In this document: piece after piece, positions 39,716-48,468 of the stretch
Layout of the letters: every line of letters begins with the position of its first letter
How positions within the stretch are numbered: the stretch's first letter is position 1
Origin: a virus
Lineage: Duplodnaviria > Caudoviricetes
Length of the DNA: 64,000 bases
Direction: 5' to 3' (one strand)
IMG/VR virus record: IMGVR_UViG_3300005985_000002
Coordinates: 4,344-68,343 of that record
The notes under the pieces: generated by a model
Databases searched by the model: none
What the model saw: only the letters and a program-made list of their open reading frames with translations
What the model was told of the DNA's origin: nothing
Made by a program: the position numbers and the translations under genes

Positions 39716-40236
39716 CAATGAAATATTGGGCCAATGGCGCGCCGTTGCTTCAGCCGGACCCGAACGGCGATGGCGGCATGAAATATTGGGCAAGCGGCGC
39801 GCCGCTGCCCCTGCCGACCGGCTCAAGTCCGGTGACGACCTTCCTGGAGATCGGCCCGGCCTCGGTCTCCCACTATGAGAACAGCGGATCGCCAACGACT
39901 TTCACCTATATCGTCACCCGCTCGGGCGATGTCTCCGGCGAGACAACGATCGATTGGGAAGTTCAGCCCGCATCGACCGATCCAGCCGACGAATACGACT
40001 TCGTCGGCGCAGTGTTTCCCTCCGGCTCGCTCACATTCCTGGCTGGCGAGACCCAGAAGACAATCGAGATCGACGTCGAGGACGATGACGATCTGGAGCC
40101 GGACGAGAATTTCATCGTCGCTCTGTCAAACGTCGTCGGCGGGGCCATCATCAACGGCTCGGCCTCGGGGGTGATCTACAACGACGACGCCCCGCCTGCG
40201 GTGCGCCGCCGCAACGCCATGACAATTGTGTGCTAG
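39712..40236 (+). CDS. Calx-beta domain protein
   Basis: VTRSGDVSG...GSLTFLAGETQKTIEIDVEDDDDLEPDENFIVALSN; duplicated MKYWAxGAPL N-terminus. Confidence 0.8.
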   Translation: MTMKYWANGAPLLQPDPNGDGGMKYWASGAPLPLPTGSSPVTTFLEIGPASVSHYENSGSPTTFTYIVTRSGDVSGETTIDWEVQPASTDPADEYDFVGAVFPSGSLTFLAGETQKTIEIDVEDDDDLEPDENFIVALSNVVGGAIINGSASGVIYNDDAPPAVRRRNAMTIVC

Positions 40237-40237
40237 C

Positions 40238-40858
40238 GTGAGCGGCCTGCCTCGCCTCGACGGACAAACCGTAGCGATCATTGGCGGGGGCCTCTCCTTG
40301 CGCGATTACGACATGGAGCGTGTGCGCCGCACGGGCTGGCCGGTCCTGGCCGTAAATAACGCCTGGAAGCTCGCGCCGTGGGCCGTGGCGTGCTTCTTCG
40401 CCGACAGCCGGTACTGGAAGCGCCTGCGCGAAGTCGTGCTCCAGAGCTATGCAGGGCCTCTGGTGACGACGACGCCGGATCGTCTCGCCGTGGCGCACCC
40501 GAGGTTAATCCATATGCACCGCGACCAGACGGCCGACCTCGCAACCGAGCCCGGCGTGCTCGCTGGGCTCGACAGCGGCACGATGACGGTCAATCTCGCC
40601 TTCCATATGGGGGCCAAGCGGATCGTGCTGTTTGGCTTCGACATGACGTTCGAGCAGGGCGGCTCGTCACATTGGCACACCGGAATGGCGGACATCGACC
40701 ATATCTGGCCGGCCAAAGCCGAGCGTTACCAAAACCAGTTCGCGCCCAAGCTCATCGCGATGATCGAGACGCTAAAGACGCACGGCGTCAGCGTGGAGCG
40801 CGCGACCGAACCTGGCGTGCCAAATGCGCCGTACATTCCGCTGGACTTGTCAGCTTAA
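40238..40858 (+). CDS. DUF115/Maf/MptE-like Rossmann glycosyltransferase-like protein
   Basis: VAIIGGGLSL, VLAVNNAW, FFADSRYW, LAFHMGAKRIVLFGFDM. Confidence 0.65.
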   Translation: MSGLPRLDGQTVAIIGGGLSLRDYDMERVRRTGWPVLAVNNAWKLAPWAVACFFADSRYWKRLREVVLQSYAGPLVTTTPDRLAVAHPRLIHMHRDQTADLATEPGVLAGLDSGTMTVNLAFHMGAKRIVLFGFDMTFEQGGSSHWHTGMADIDHIWPAKAERYQNQFAPKLIAMIETLKTHGVSVERATEPGVPNAPYIPLDLSA

Positions 40859-40894
40859 ACGCAACATCGTGGGTGGACACCCAAGAGGTTCTTG

Positions 40895-41512
40895 ATGCTT
40901 CGTGACGCGAAAACCTTTTTCGACGCCATTCGCGGCAACCCGTTCAATGGACGCCTTAAGGCGCTCCAGGTCCGCGGCGTCAACCAGATTCTGGACGCCT
41001 GGTTCAAGCGTTTCGCCAATGGCGGCGATCCGCGGCATCTGGCCTACATCCTCGCAACCGCCTTCCACGAGACCGGCGGCAGGATGCAGCCGGTGCGCGA
41101 GACCTTTGCCGAGAACGATGAAGCCGCGCGCCGCGGCGTCGCCAAGCGCGCCTACGGCAAGGCCGATGCGGAGACCGGCCAGGTCTATTATGGCCGCGGC
41201 CTGGTTCAGATCACCTGGCGTTACAATTACGAGACGTTCGGCAAGCTGGTCGACCGCGACCTCATCCATGATCCCGATCTTGCCCTTGATCCCGAGATCG
41301 CCGTCGCGGCGCTGATCGATGGCGCGCTCGCCGGCATCTACACCGGCAAGAAGCTTGCCGATTATTTCAACGAGCGCGAGAGCGATCCGGTGCAGGCCCG
41401 CCGCATCATCAACCGGCTCGACTGCGCCAGCCAGATTTCGGTCTACCACTTCGCCTTCCTCGAAGCCCTGCGGCTCGGGGGCATGGCCGTCGAGCCAGCC
41501 AAAAAACCCTAA
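40895..41512 (+). CDS. endolysin, GH19 (chitinase-like)
   Basis: AYILATAFHETG, YYGRGLVQITWRYNY, ARRIIN. Confidence 0.9.
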   Translation: MLRDAKTFFDAIRGNPFNGRLKALQVRGVNQILDAWFKRFANGGDPRHLAYILATAFHETGGRMQPVRETFAENDEAARRGVAKRAYGKADAETGQVYYGRGLVQITWRYNYETFGKLVDRDLIHDPDLALDPEIAVAALIDGALAGIYTGKKLADYFNERESDPVQARRIINRLDCASQISVYHFAFLEALRLGGMAVEPAKKP

Positions 41513-41521
41513 GAGGCAGAC

Positions 41522-41749
41522 ATGCTGAACAAACTCAAGAGCTACTGGACCAAGCTTACCGCGCCCCAGCGTGTGCAAGCCCTGATCGAGCGTCTCAACC
41601 AGCCCTCTACGCGCCGGGGGTTCGCCGCCATGCTTGCCGTGATCGGCATGAACATCGCCGACGAGAGGCTCGATCTTTACTTCGAGGCTGTGATCTTCGC
41701 TCTTGCCCTCCTCGCCATGGCGGCGGACGAACCCAAGCTCAAGGACTAG
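41522..41749 (+). CDS. putative holin
   Basis: 75 aa, two hydrophobic segments, directly after endolysin. Confidence 0.55.
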   Translation: MLNKLKSYWTKLTAPQRVQALIERLNQPSTRRGFAAMLAVIGMNIADERLDLYFEAVIFALALLAMAADEPKLKD

Positions 41750-41753
41750 CAAG

Positions 41754-42164
41754 ATGCTCTTCGGGCTCGACAGGCTTCCGCTTGCGGTCATTGCCGGCCT
41801 CGCGCTGGTCGTTGTGCTCGCCGTTTGGCGCTATGTCGGCGGCCGGGCGGCCGGCATGGTCGGCGCCGCCGCGGCGCTGCTCGCGATCTTCGCCATGGGC
41901 CGCAAGGCCGAACGGCAAGACCGCGATCTCGAAGAGGCGAACGGCTCGCTCTCGTCGATCCGGCGCGCCGAAGAGGCGCGCCGCAGGGCGAGGCGGGACA
42001 ACTCCAGCTCGGAGGCCCTGAAACATGATGACGGGTTTAAGCGTGTCGATCCTCCTGTGGCGCCTGCACCCCTTTCCCGCATCGACCCGCCGCTCTCTCC
42101 ACCCGCCCTAGCCAACGGACACGATCCCCTGCGCGCTAACGACGGCTTCAAGCGTCAGAATTAG
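41754..42164 (+). CDS. i-spanin (Rz-like)
   Basis: N-terminal TM segments, charged helix, DDGFKR end motif. Confidence 0.65.
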   Translation: MLFGLDRLPLAVIAGLALVVVLAVWRYVGGRAAGMVGAAAALLAIFAMGRKAERQDRDLEEANGSLSSIRRAEEARRRARRDNSSSEALKHDDGFKRVDPPVAPAPLSRIDPPLSPPALANGHDPLRANDGFKRQN

Positions 42165-42173
42165 GAGCCCGAT

Positions 42174-42362
42174 ATGTATCGCACCTGCTTTGCCGTCGTC
42201 GCGCTCCTCACCGCCGCCTGCGTGCATGCCCGGCCGCAGGCGGTCGCCAGCTTCTGCGATATCGCCAAGCCGATCTACTGGTCCGATCAGGACACCGACG
42301 AGACGATTCAGCAGGCCAAAGAGCACAACGCCGTTGGCAAAGACCAGTGCGGATGGAGGTAG
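42174..42362 (+). CDS. o-spanin (Rz1-like lipoprotein)
   Basis: Lipobox LTAAC; FCDIAKPIYWSDQDTDETIQQAKEHN...C. Confidence 0.75.
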   Translation: MYRTCFAVVALLTAACVHARPQAVASFCDIAKPIYWSDQDTDETIQQAKEHNAVGKDQCGWR

Positions 42363-42364
42363 CC

Positions 42365-42598
42365 ATGACCGATCTTGCCAAGCCCCAAGACCTCTTGAAG
42401 CACATCGCCGCGGGGGTGCAGGTCGTGATCTGCGCCCTGGCCGTCTGGGTCGCAACCACGCTCCAGGACACGCAGGTCAAGCTCGCCGAGGTTGCGGCCT
42501 CCCTCAAGGCCGTACAGGAACAAGTCGTGACGCGGATGCAGGATGACATCAAGGCGCTTGACGAGCGCGTGCGCGACCTGGAGAAGCCGCAGCCATGA
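42365..42598 (+). CDS. membrane protein with coiled coil (holin/antiholin-like)
   Basis: One TM then coiled coil; GGAGG RBS. Confidence 0.55.
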   Translation: MTDLAKPQDLLKHIAAGVQVVICALAVWVATTLQDTQVKLAEVAASLKAVQEQVVTRMQDDIKALDERVRDLEKPQP

Positions 42599-42807
42599 TA
42601 CTCGGGCTCGTCCTCTACTTCACGTCGGCAGGCGACCTTGTCCTTACCGAAGGCCGTTTTCGCGACGCCCAGACCTGTTCGAGCGTGGTCGAAGGGGAAG
42701 TGCGCCGGCTTCAGGCGCTCCAGAAGATCGCCGCCTTCGGGCAGTGTTTCGATGTCGGCCTCGGCCTGCCGGTTTCGGCCGGCATAAATGGCGCTAAGCC
42801 GCTTTAG
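42595..42807 (+). CDS. hypothetical protein
   Basis: ATGA coupling. Confidence 0.5.
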   Translation: MILGLVLYFTSAGDLVLTEGRFRDAQTCSSVVEGEVRRLQALQKIAAFGQCFDVGLGLPVSAGINGAKPL

Positions 42808-42875
42808 CTCGTCGAATCGATGAAGACCTGCGGTCGGCTGCCAGGCAGAGTGCGCCTCGTTTTGAGGGACCTGCT

Positions 42876-43109
42876 GTGGCCGACGATCTGGATGCCGAAC
42901 TTGCTTCCGCCGCGCGCTTGCTGAAACGCATGCCCCGCCGCCGGCGGCGGATATTCCGCATGCATTTGATGCAAACGCCTTATTCGGAGATCGCCATCCG
43001 GCTGGGCTTGCCGCTGGAAACCGTGAGGTCCGAGCTAGTGCGCGCATTCGAGACATGCGCCGCCCATCCGATGAAGGCCCGGAAAAATTCCCGCTCGGGA
43101 AAGCCGTGA
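42876..43109 (+). CDS. stand-alone sigma70 region-4-like HTH protein
   Basis: MPRRRRRIFRMH...TPYSEIAIRLGLPLETVRSELVRA. Confidence 0.6.
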   Translation: MADDLDAELASAARLLKRMPRRRRRIFRMHLMQTPYSEIAIRLGLPLETVRSELVRAFETCAAHPMKARKNSRSGKP

Positions 43110-43539
43110 GGAGGATCGCCAGCAAAAGCTGGATCAGTCGTCACGAAAGTTCCCGAGCGGGAAAGTTTATCCTGCGCAGCGGGAGGCCGCAGGATACTGC
43201 GCCATGCTACACAGCGAGCATGTTAAGACCGAAAGCGAACATCACGATGCACAGCGATGCGCTGACGGCCAGCAGAGCTTCCAGCGCAGGCCGGCGCTTG
43301 GAGCGCGCTGCAAGGGCGCTCAGCTCTTGATCCGGGACCTCGGATTTCGCGACCTGAACTGGCAGCGACCTATTCATCTCTAACCTCCTCAGCCGGCTTG
43401 GGCGGCGTCATGATCTGTCCCGTCTTCCGGTTGAGGTAGAGCTGGGCTCTTGCCTCGCCGACGAGGAAGAGCGGCTCGAAGCCCTCGACCTCTTCATAGA
43501 TGAGAGGCGGCTCGCCGCCGCGAAAGACCTGAACCGTCC

Positions 43540-43779
43540 TCATCTGCGCAGCTTGTCGGCAAGCACAAAAAGATAGCCTGCCGTGTAGCCCGCCGACTTC
43601 TTGGTGATGGCGTCACGAACCTGCTGCATGAACAGCGGAGTGTTACCCGAGCCTTGCAGCCCGACGATGTGATTTTTCGCATCGCGTAAACCTTGGGAGT
43701 TTTCCTCCTGCCAGTTGCCGCCTGAAGAATCGGCGCCTTTCATCAAACCCCATACATTATCGTTGTCGTCCATTACCAT
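43540..43779 (-). CDS. hypothetical protein
   Basis: 79 aa, GGGAG RBS on minus strand. Confidence 0.6.
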   Translation of the reverse strand: MVMDDNDNVWGLMKGADSSGGNWQEENSQGLRDAKNHIVGLQGSGNTPLFMQQVRDAITKKSAGYTAGYLFVLADKLRR

Positions 43780-43829
43780 CTCCCTTGATGGCGTTCACAC
43801 TAGCAGCAAGGTCTTAAGGAAACGCGCGA

Positions 43830-44411
43830 TCACGCTAACCGAAGTTCGAGAATGCGGTTAATGAATTGGCCACGCAACGTATCCGGGTTTTCGGGCTGCA
43901 GGTCTTGATCGTGGACGAAAGAAATCGGCGCCAGCGCGCGCCACCATTTCTCATCATCCGGCAGATTCGCATTGCCGAACACGTCCATCTCGTTGCGGCA
44001 GATGCGCTGATCCCATTCATGGCAGATGTCGGGCATCTCGGGCGTCAAATTGTAGCGCTCCGCCAACGTCGAGAGGATGCGCGCATCGAGCGCTGTGATG
44101 AGCGGCATGCCGCGCTTGAACGGGCTCACAATGTCGTTGGTTATGTACTCAGGCCAATCATGGATGAAGAACCAGACGATCTCGTTGCGGCCCATGCCCG
44201 CCCGTTCGGCGGCGTAGGAGAGGGCAAGACAATGCTGGGCGACCGAATATGCGTAGCGCGAGTGGCCGACATAGCGGTTGATGTGCGGCAGGGCGAGGGC
44301 GACGTCGTTGACGTTGATCGCATTCGGATCGAACAGGTCAGCATCGAGATAGATGCGCCTGCCGCCATAGGTCTGCATGTATTTCCACGTGACCGGCGTT
44401 CGCTCGCTCAT
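43830..44411 (-). CDS. HD-domain phosphohydrolase (YfbR/phage dNTPase-like)
   Basis: INRYVGH...YSVAQHC...IHDWPEYITNDIVSPFK; start reassigned to ATG 44411. Confidence 0.85.
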   Translation of the reverse strand: MSERTPVTWKYMQTYGGRRIYLDADLFDPNAINVNDVALALPHINRYVGHSRYAYSVAQHCLALSYAAERAGMGRNEIVWFFIHDWPEYITNDIVSPFKRGMPLITALDARILSTLAERYNLTPEMPDICHEWDQRICRNEMDVFGNANLPDDEKWWRALAPISFVHDQDLQPENPDTLRGQFINRILELRLA

Positions 44412-44627
44412 AGGATCGCCTCGGCTTCGCGACGATTTTTTGTTGCAGAAAAGCTGACAACGCCAACGAACCGATAAGCCTCCTTCATAGCGGGACCGCC
44501 ATACCCAGAACGACGCCGGCAAACGCCCATGCCCCGTACCACAGCACCGGATGGGCCGAGAGCGTGAAGGCGACCAACGGGCTGTGGCCGACACTGCGAT
44601 AGAAGCTGTAAGGGTAAGGCTCGCGCA

Positions 44628-44891
44628 TCACGGCATCTCCCAACTCGTGATAATCTCACCTTCGAGGTTTGCGAGGATCGCGCTGGGGTTCTGCTTGCCT
44701 TCCTTGCGCAGAGCGTCGAGATGCTGACCGACCCAATGCTTCAGCATCGGCTCTTCCCAGACCTCATGCATGGCCCACACTGGACGGACGCGCAGCCCTT
44801 TTGTCGCTTCGTAGTAGGCTTCCCGGTTCGCCTTAAGCTGAGCGACGACAGCGGGAGGCGCCAGGACCAGCTTCGAGTGTCGAGCGGCCAT
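44628..44891 (-). CDS. hypothetical protein
   Basis: Coupled stop/start overlaps. Confidence 0.55.
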   Translation of the reverse strand: MAARHSKLVLAPPAVVAQLKANREAYYEATKGLRVRPVWAMHEVWEEPMLKHWVGQHLDALRKEGKQNPSAILANLEGEIITSWEMP

Positions 44892-45087
44892 CAGGCGCCC
44901 CCGCCATGAAATTTCACCCTGTCATACTTTGACAAGAAAAAGATGCTGACCGGACCACACAGAAACAAGGAACCGGTCGCACTGCGGTGAAAAGTAAACC
45001 AGGTGCTGATTGGGTGTTCTGAGAAACGTGGCCAGGCCTTCACGCGAACAGGCCCCCAACGAAAAATGTAGAAGGGAGAGCGCGGCA

Positions 45088-45378
45088 TCAGATTTCACCG
45101 AGCGCATGAAGATAGACGTCCAGAATGGCCTGCTGCTCCTCGCGCTGCTTACGGTCTTGGCGGCGCAGACGGATCGCGGCCTTGAGCGCCTTGGCGTCGT
45201 AGCCCATCGCCTTGGCTTCCGCATAGGCGTCCTTGATGTGGAGCCCGGCCTCCCTTTTTTCCTCTTCCAGCTTTTCGATCTTGGCGACCGTCTGGCGCAG
45301 TTTTTCGCGGGCCGCCTTGGTGAGGCTGGCTGCCGGCGCATCGAGCATCTCTTCGGATGTGCGTGAGTTACGGGTCAT
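45088..45378 (-). CDS. gapR: GapR / DUF2312 nucleoid-associated protein homolog
   Basis: LRQTVAKIEKLEEEK...IKDAYAEAKAMGYDAKALKAAIRLRR...EQQAILDVYLHALG. Confidence 0.88.
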   Translation of the reverse strand: MTRNSRTSEEMLDAPAASLTKAAREKLRQTVAKIEKLEEEKREAGLHIKDAYAEAKAMGYDAKALKAAIRLRRQDRKQREEQQAILDVYLHALGEI

Positions 45379-45418
45379 GACTTTCTCCCTATTTCCCGAA
45401 TTGGCATCAATTTGGCGC

Positions 45419-46123
45419 TTACGAGGTAGTGCGCAGGAACACCCGCTCCTCGGCCCGGCCCTTAGCAGACTTGAAGCTTCCGAGCCGTTCAAAAGGGAGC
45501 CAAGTGGCGCCCGGCCCCTCACAGACGATTACTTGCCCATGAAGCCGAAGACACCATGACGCCAAGGCTTCAAATTCATTAAACCTGACGCGATAGTAGC
45601 GCCCTTTGTCGCCGTAGGGCGGGTCGATGAACCATGTGGCTTCAGTCTGCTGCGCAGCCTCGAAGGAAGCGTTGACGACGCTCCAGCCCGCCAGCATCGG
45701 GAGCTGCCGAGTGATGCGCTCCTTGGCCTTGAGCCCCCATGTAAGTTGGGCGCGATCAGTGCGGGCTGAAAACGCGGTGCGACTTTTTTTCGGCTGCGCG
45801 CTGCCGCGGTTCAACCAGAAGCCGATGAGCCACTTGGCTTCTTGCGGTAGGTCGTAATCCTCAACGCTATCGCCAACGTTCGGAAGATCGGGAAGCGCCA
45901 TGATCTCGGCGGGCGAGACGCGCAGTAGATAAGACCACACCCCCGCTATGACAGGATCGGCGTCGTAAAGTCGGACGCGCGGGCAGCTATGGAAGGTTGC
46001 GTATCCTGCACTGCCCGCGAAGGGCTCCACAACCAAGGCGCATGATGGAGCGGGGTAGTGGCGCGCGATGTTCCAATTGGAGCCGTAATATGGAAAGAAG
46101 GGACGCAATTCAGAGGTCTCCAA
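45419..46123 (-). CDS. N6-adenine DNA methyltransferase (Dam/D12 class)
   Basis: FPYYGS, VEPFAGSAG, FIDPPY. Confidence 0.8.
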   Translation of the reverse strand: METSELRPFFPYYGSNWNIARHYPAPSCALVVEPFAGSAGYATFHSCPRVRLYDADPVIAGVWSYLLRVSPAEIMALPDLPNVGDSVEDYDLPQEAKWLIGFWLNRGSAQPKKSRTAFSARTDRAQLTWGLKAKERITRQLPMLAGWSVVNASFEAAQQTEATWFIDPPYGDKGRYYRVRFNEFEALASWCLRLHGQVIVCEGPGATWLPFERLGSFKSAKGRAEERVFLRTTS

Positions 46124-46168
46124 ACTTTGAGGCGGTGAATGTCAACAGGATGGACATCGGTCTCGCCT

Positions 46169-47989
46169 TCACGCCGCCGGCTTCGCCGGCGCCGTCATCT
46201 GCGCGCGCCACTGCCGGTTCCAGATCGTGACCATCTGCCGCTTACCGTTGCGGTGGACGATGATGTGTGAGTGCGACCAGCCGCTCGGGCTGTCGGATGC
46301 GTACTCCATGTCGAGCCGGCCGGTGACGCCGGCCTGCCAGGCGCCGTTGAAAATGCCGGCCTCATGGGAATGGCCGATGCAGACGCGCCGGCCGAGCTTC
46401 GCGAGGTTGCGGATATTGCCGCGCGCGCCGCGCGGACCTTTATCGCCATGCAGCCCCATCTCCAGGCCGCCGCCGCGCGCCTTGAGGATGATGCACTTCC
46501 TGCGGCGCGACAGCCATTCAACGCCGGGCGCGGGATTGATCTTCTCGACGGCCCTGCGCAGCGGATCGAAATCGTTGTCGTTGGCCGCGATGGCGCGATA
46601 CCAGTCGGCATTGAGATCGTGGAAGATGATAGCGTTCTGCGGATCGCGCAGCACCGTTCCTTCCTTGAGCCATTTGCCGAGATGCTCGTTATGGTTCGAG
46701 GGCACGACGCGCGAGCGGCACCAGGGACGCTGGGACTTCTTGAGGAACTCGCCGACGTCGAACACTTCCTTCGAGACGCTGTCGCGCCCGTGCTTCCAGA
46801 GCTTGAAGGCCACGTGCGGGTCTTTGAGATTGTGGTGCGAGCGCGATTCGAAGTCGATGAGATCGTGAAAGAATTGCTGGCGTGGCCGCAGCACGTCGAT
46901 CATGCCGTCCTTGCCCCAGCAGAGATCGAACATCCACTGCTCAAGCTGGGCGACGTGAATGTCGCCCCATTGGACCGCCTCGACGCCGTCGTGCTTTTCG
47001 GCCGCGCCGTCCGGCCGATAGATCGTCTCCAGGTCGTAGATGACGCCCTTGTTGTCGGCGATGAGCTGGCGCACCCACCAATTGCCCTCGCTGTCGACCT
47101 CCACTAGCAGGCCGCCGAAGACGTGATCGAACTCGGCCTTCTGTCCGGCCTTGCGCTGGATGTAGTTCATGAGCCCGACCGTGCCCGTGGTGTACTGGAA
47201 CTTGGTCGGGTCTTCCTGGATGGTCGCGATGGACTTCATCTGGAGCTTGGCGTGCGGGAAGATGCCCGAGGCGCGGCCGTTATAATTGTCCATGCCGGAG
47301 AGCGGCTCGACCGCAGTGGGCCAGTTCTGGGTGTGGCCGTTCCACATCAGGCCCGGCGCAAGCTGCACCAGCTCGTCGCAGATATAGGGCTCGACGTCCG
47401 GCGCCCACCATTGCGCCCGCTCCTGCTTTTCCGTGCCGCGCTTCTCGGAGCCTTGCGCCTTCTGCACATAGGAGAACGAGCCGACCATCAGCTCGGCGTC
47501 CAGGCGCTCGGCGATGTTGAGCAGAGTGGGCCAGCAGGGATGGAGATAGGTATTGTTCTGAAGCGAGGTCAGCACATAGCGCGCGATCTGGCCCGGCTTG
47601 GGGACTGGGCGCACCACGGGCGGCCGCTCGGTCAGCGCGCCGTTGGCGAGCTTGGGCTGCAGCTCTGCCGCGGCAAGACGGGTTTGCAGCGTCTGACGCG
47701 GGATGCCAAGACGGCGCGCGGCGGCAGCCTCGCTTCCGCGCTCGATCTCCATCGCCTTGACTGCATCGCGGATGTCGGCCGGATCGACGCGACCTGGCCG
47801 CTTGAGGTTGTGGGGATAGGACGGCACTGCATCCTTGCCCCAGCGCTGCCTGGCGATCTTAATGCGCTCAGCAACGCCGTTGAACGTCAACCCAAGCTCA
47901 TCGCCGGCTTTCGTCCGGTCGCCATTGTGGCGCTTGATCGCGGCGATGGTCGCCTTAAGCGCTTTGTCGGTGAGGCGGGGAGCGGCCAT
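46169..47989 (-). CDS. HTH + calcineurin-like metallophosphoesterase
   Basis: GDIH, HDLID, SNHNEH, LHGD, IGHSH; N-terminal AAARRLGIPRQTLQTRL. Confidence 0.75.
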   Translation of the reverse strand: MAAPRLTDKALKATIAAIKRHNGDRTKAGDELGLTFNGVAERIKIARQRWGKDAVPSYPHNLKRPGRVDPADIRDAVKAMEIERGSEAAAARRLGIPRQTLQTRLAAAELQPKLANGALTERPPVVRPVPKPGQIARYVLTSLQNNTYLHPCWPTLLNIAERLDAELMVGSFSYVQKAQGSEKRGTEKQERAQWWAPDVEPYICDELVQLAPGLMWNGHTQNWPTAVEPLSGMDNYNGRASGIFPHAKLQMKSIATIQEDPTKFQYTTGTVGLMNYIQRKAGQKAEFDHVFGGLLVEVDSEGNWWVRQLIADNKGVIYDLETIYRPDGAAEKHDGVEAVQWGDIHVAQLEQWMFDLCWGKDGMIDVLRPRQQFFHDLIDFESRSHHNLKDPHVAFKLWKHGRDSVSKEVFDVGEFLKKSQRPWCRSRVVPSNHNEHLGKWLKEGTVLRDPQNAIIFHDLNADWYRAIAANDNDFDPLRRAVEKINPAPGVEWLSRRRKCIILKARGGGLEMGLHGDKGPRGARGNIRNLAKLGRRVCIGHSHEAGIFNGAWQAGVTGRLDMEYASDSPSGWSHSHIIVHRNGKRQMVTIWNRQWRAQMTAPAKPAA

Positions 47990-47990
47990 C

Positions 47991-48434
47991 TCACGCGGCC
48001 TTCTTGACGACGCCAATGAAATAGTAGGTCGGCTGGCCCTCGGCCTTGTCCTTTTCGAAGATCACGCCTTCGACCGGCGCAAGCATGGTGGGGAGAAGCT
48101 CGCCGTCGTCCGGCAGGTCGTGAACGCCCTTGCCTGTGATGTGCATCCACATGATCGCCAGGGCGTTCCAGGCGACGTGCGCAAGATGGTGACAGCCGGT
48201 CTCCCGGTCATACCATTCGCCGCGCAGCACGTGGTTCAAATGGCGCAGCAGGCAGCCGACGCATTCGCGCATCGACAGGCCCTTCTTCCAGTTGTCGTCG
48301 GCGTATTTGCGCGCGCCTTGGCTGAAGACCTGAGCCAGAGCAATGGTCCAGGAATGAGGCACAAGTTCCAGTTTCAGCTTGCCCTTGTTGAAGCGGTCGC
48401 CCAGCTTTGCGGCCGAGGGTTTCTTGTCAGACAT
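47991..48434 (-). CDS. DUF5664-type dATP/dGTP diphosphohydrolase
   Basis: GARKYADDNWKKG...LLRHL...DRETGCHHLAHVAWN. Confidence 0.85.
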   Translation of the reverse strand: MSDKKPSAAKLGDRFNKGKLKLELVPHSWTIALAQVFSQGARKYADDNWKKGLSMRECVGCLLRHLNHVLRGEWYDRETGCHHLAHVAWNALAIMWMHITGKGVHDLPDDGELLPTMLAPVEGVIFEKDKAEGQPTYYFIGVVKKAA

Positions 48435-48468
48435 GAGACGCGCTCCTTGTTGCGTTTAAGCTGACAAT

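Noticed and set aside
36240-40236. Diversity-generating retroelement or invertible tail-fibre cassette
   Set aside because: No reverse transcriptase, serine invertase or TR/VR repeat pair was seen.
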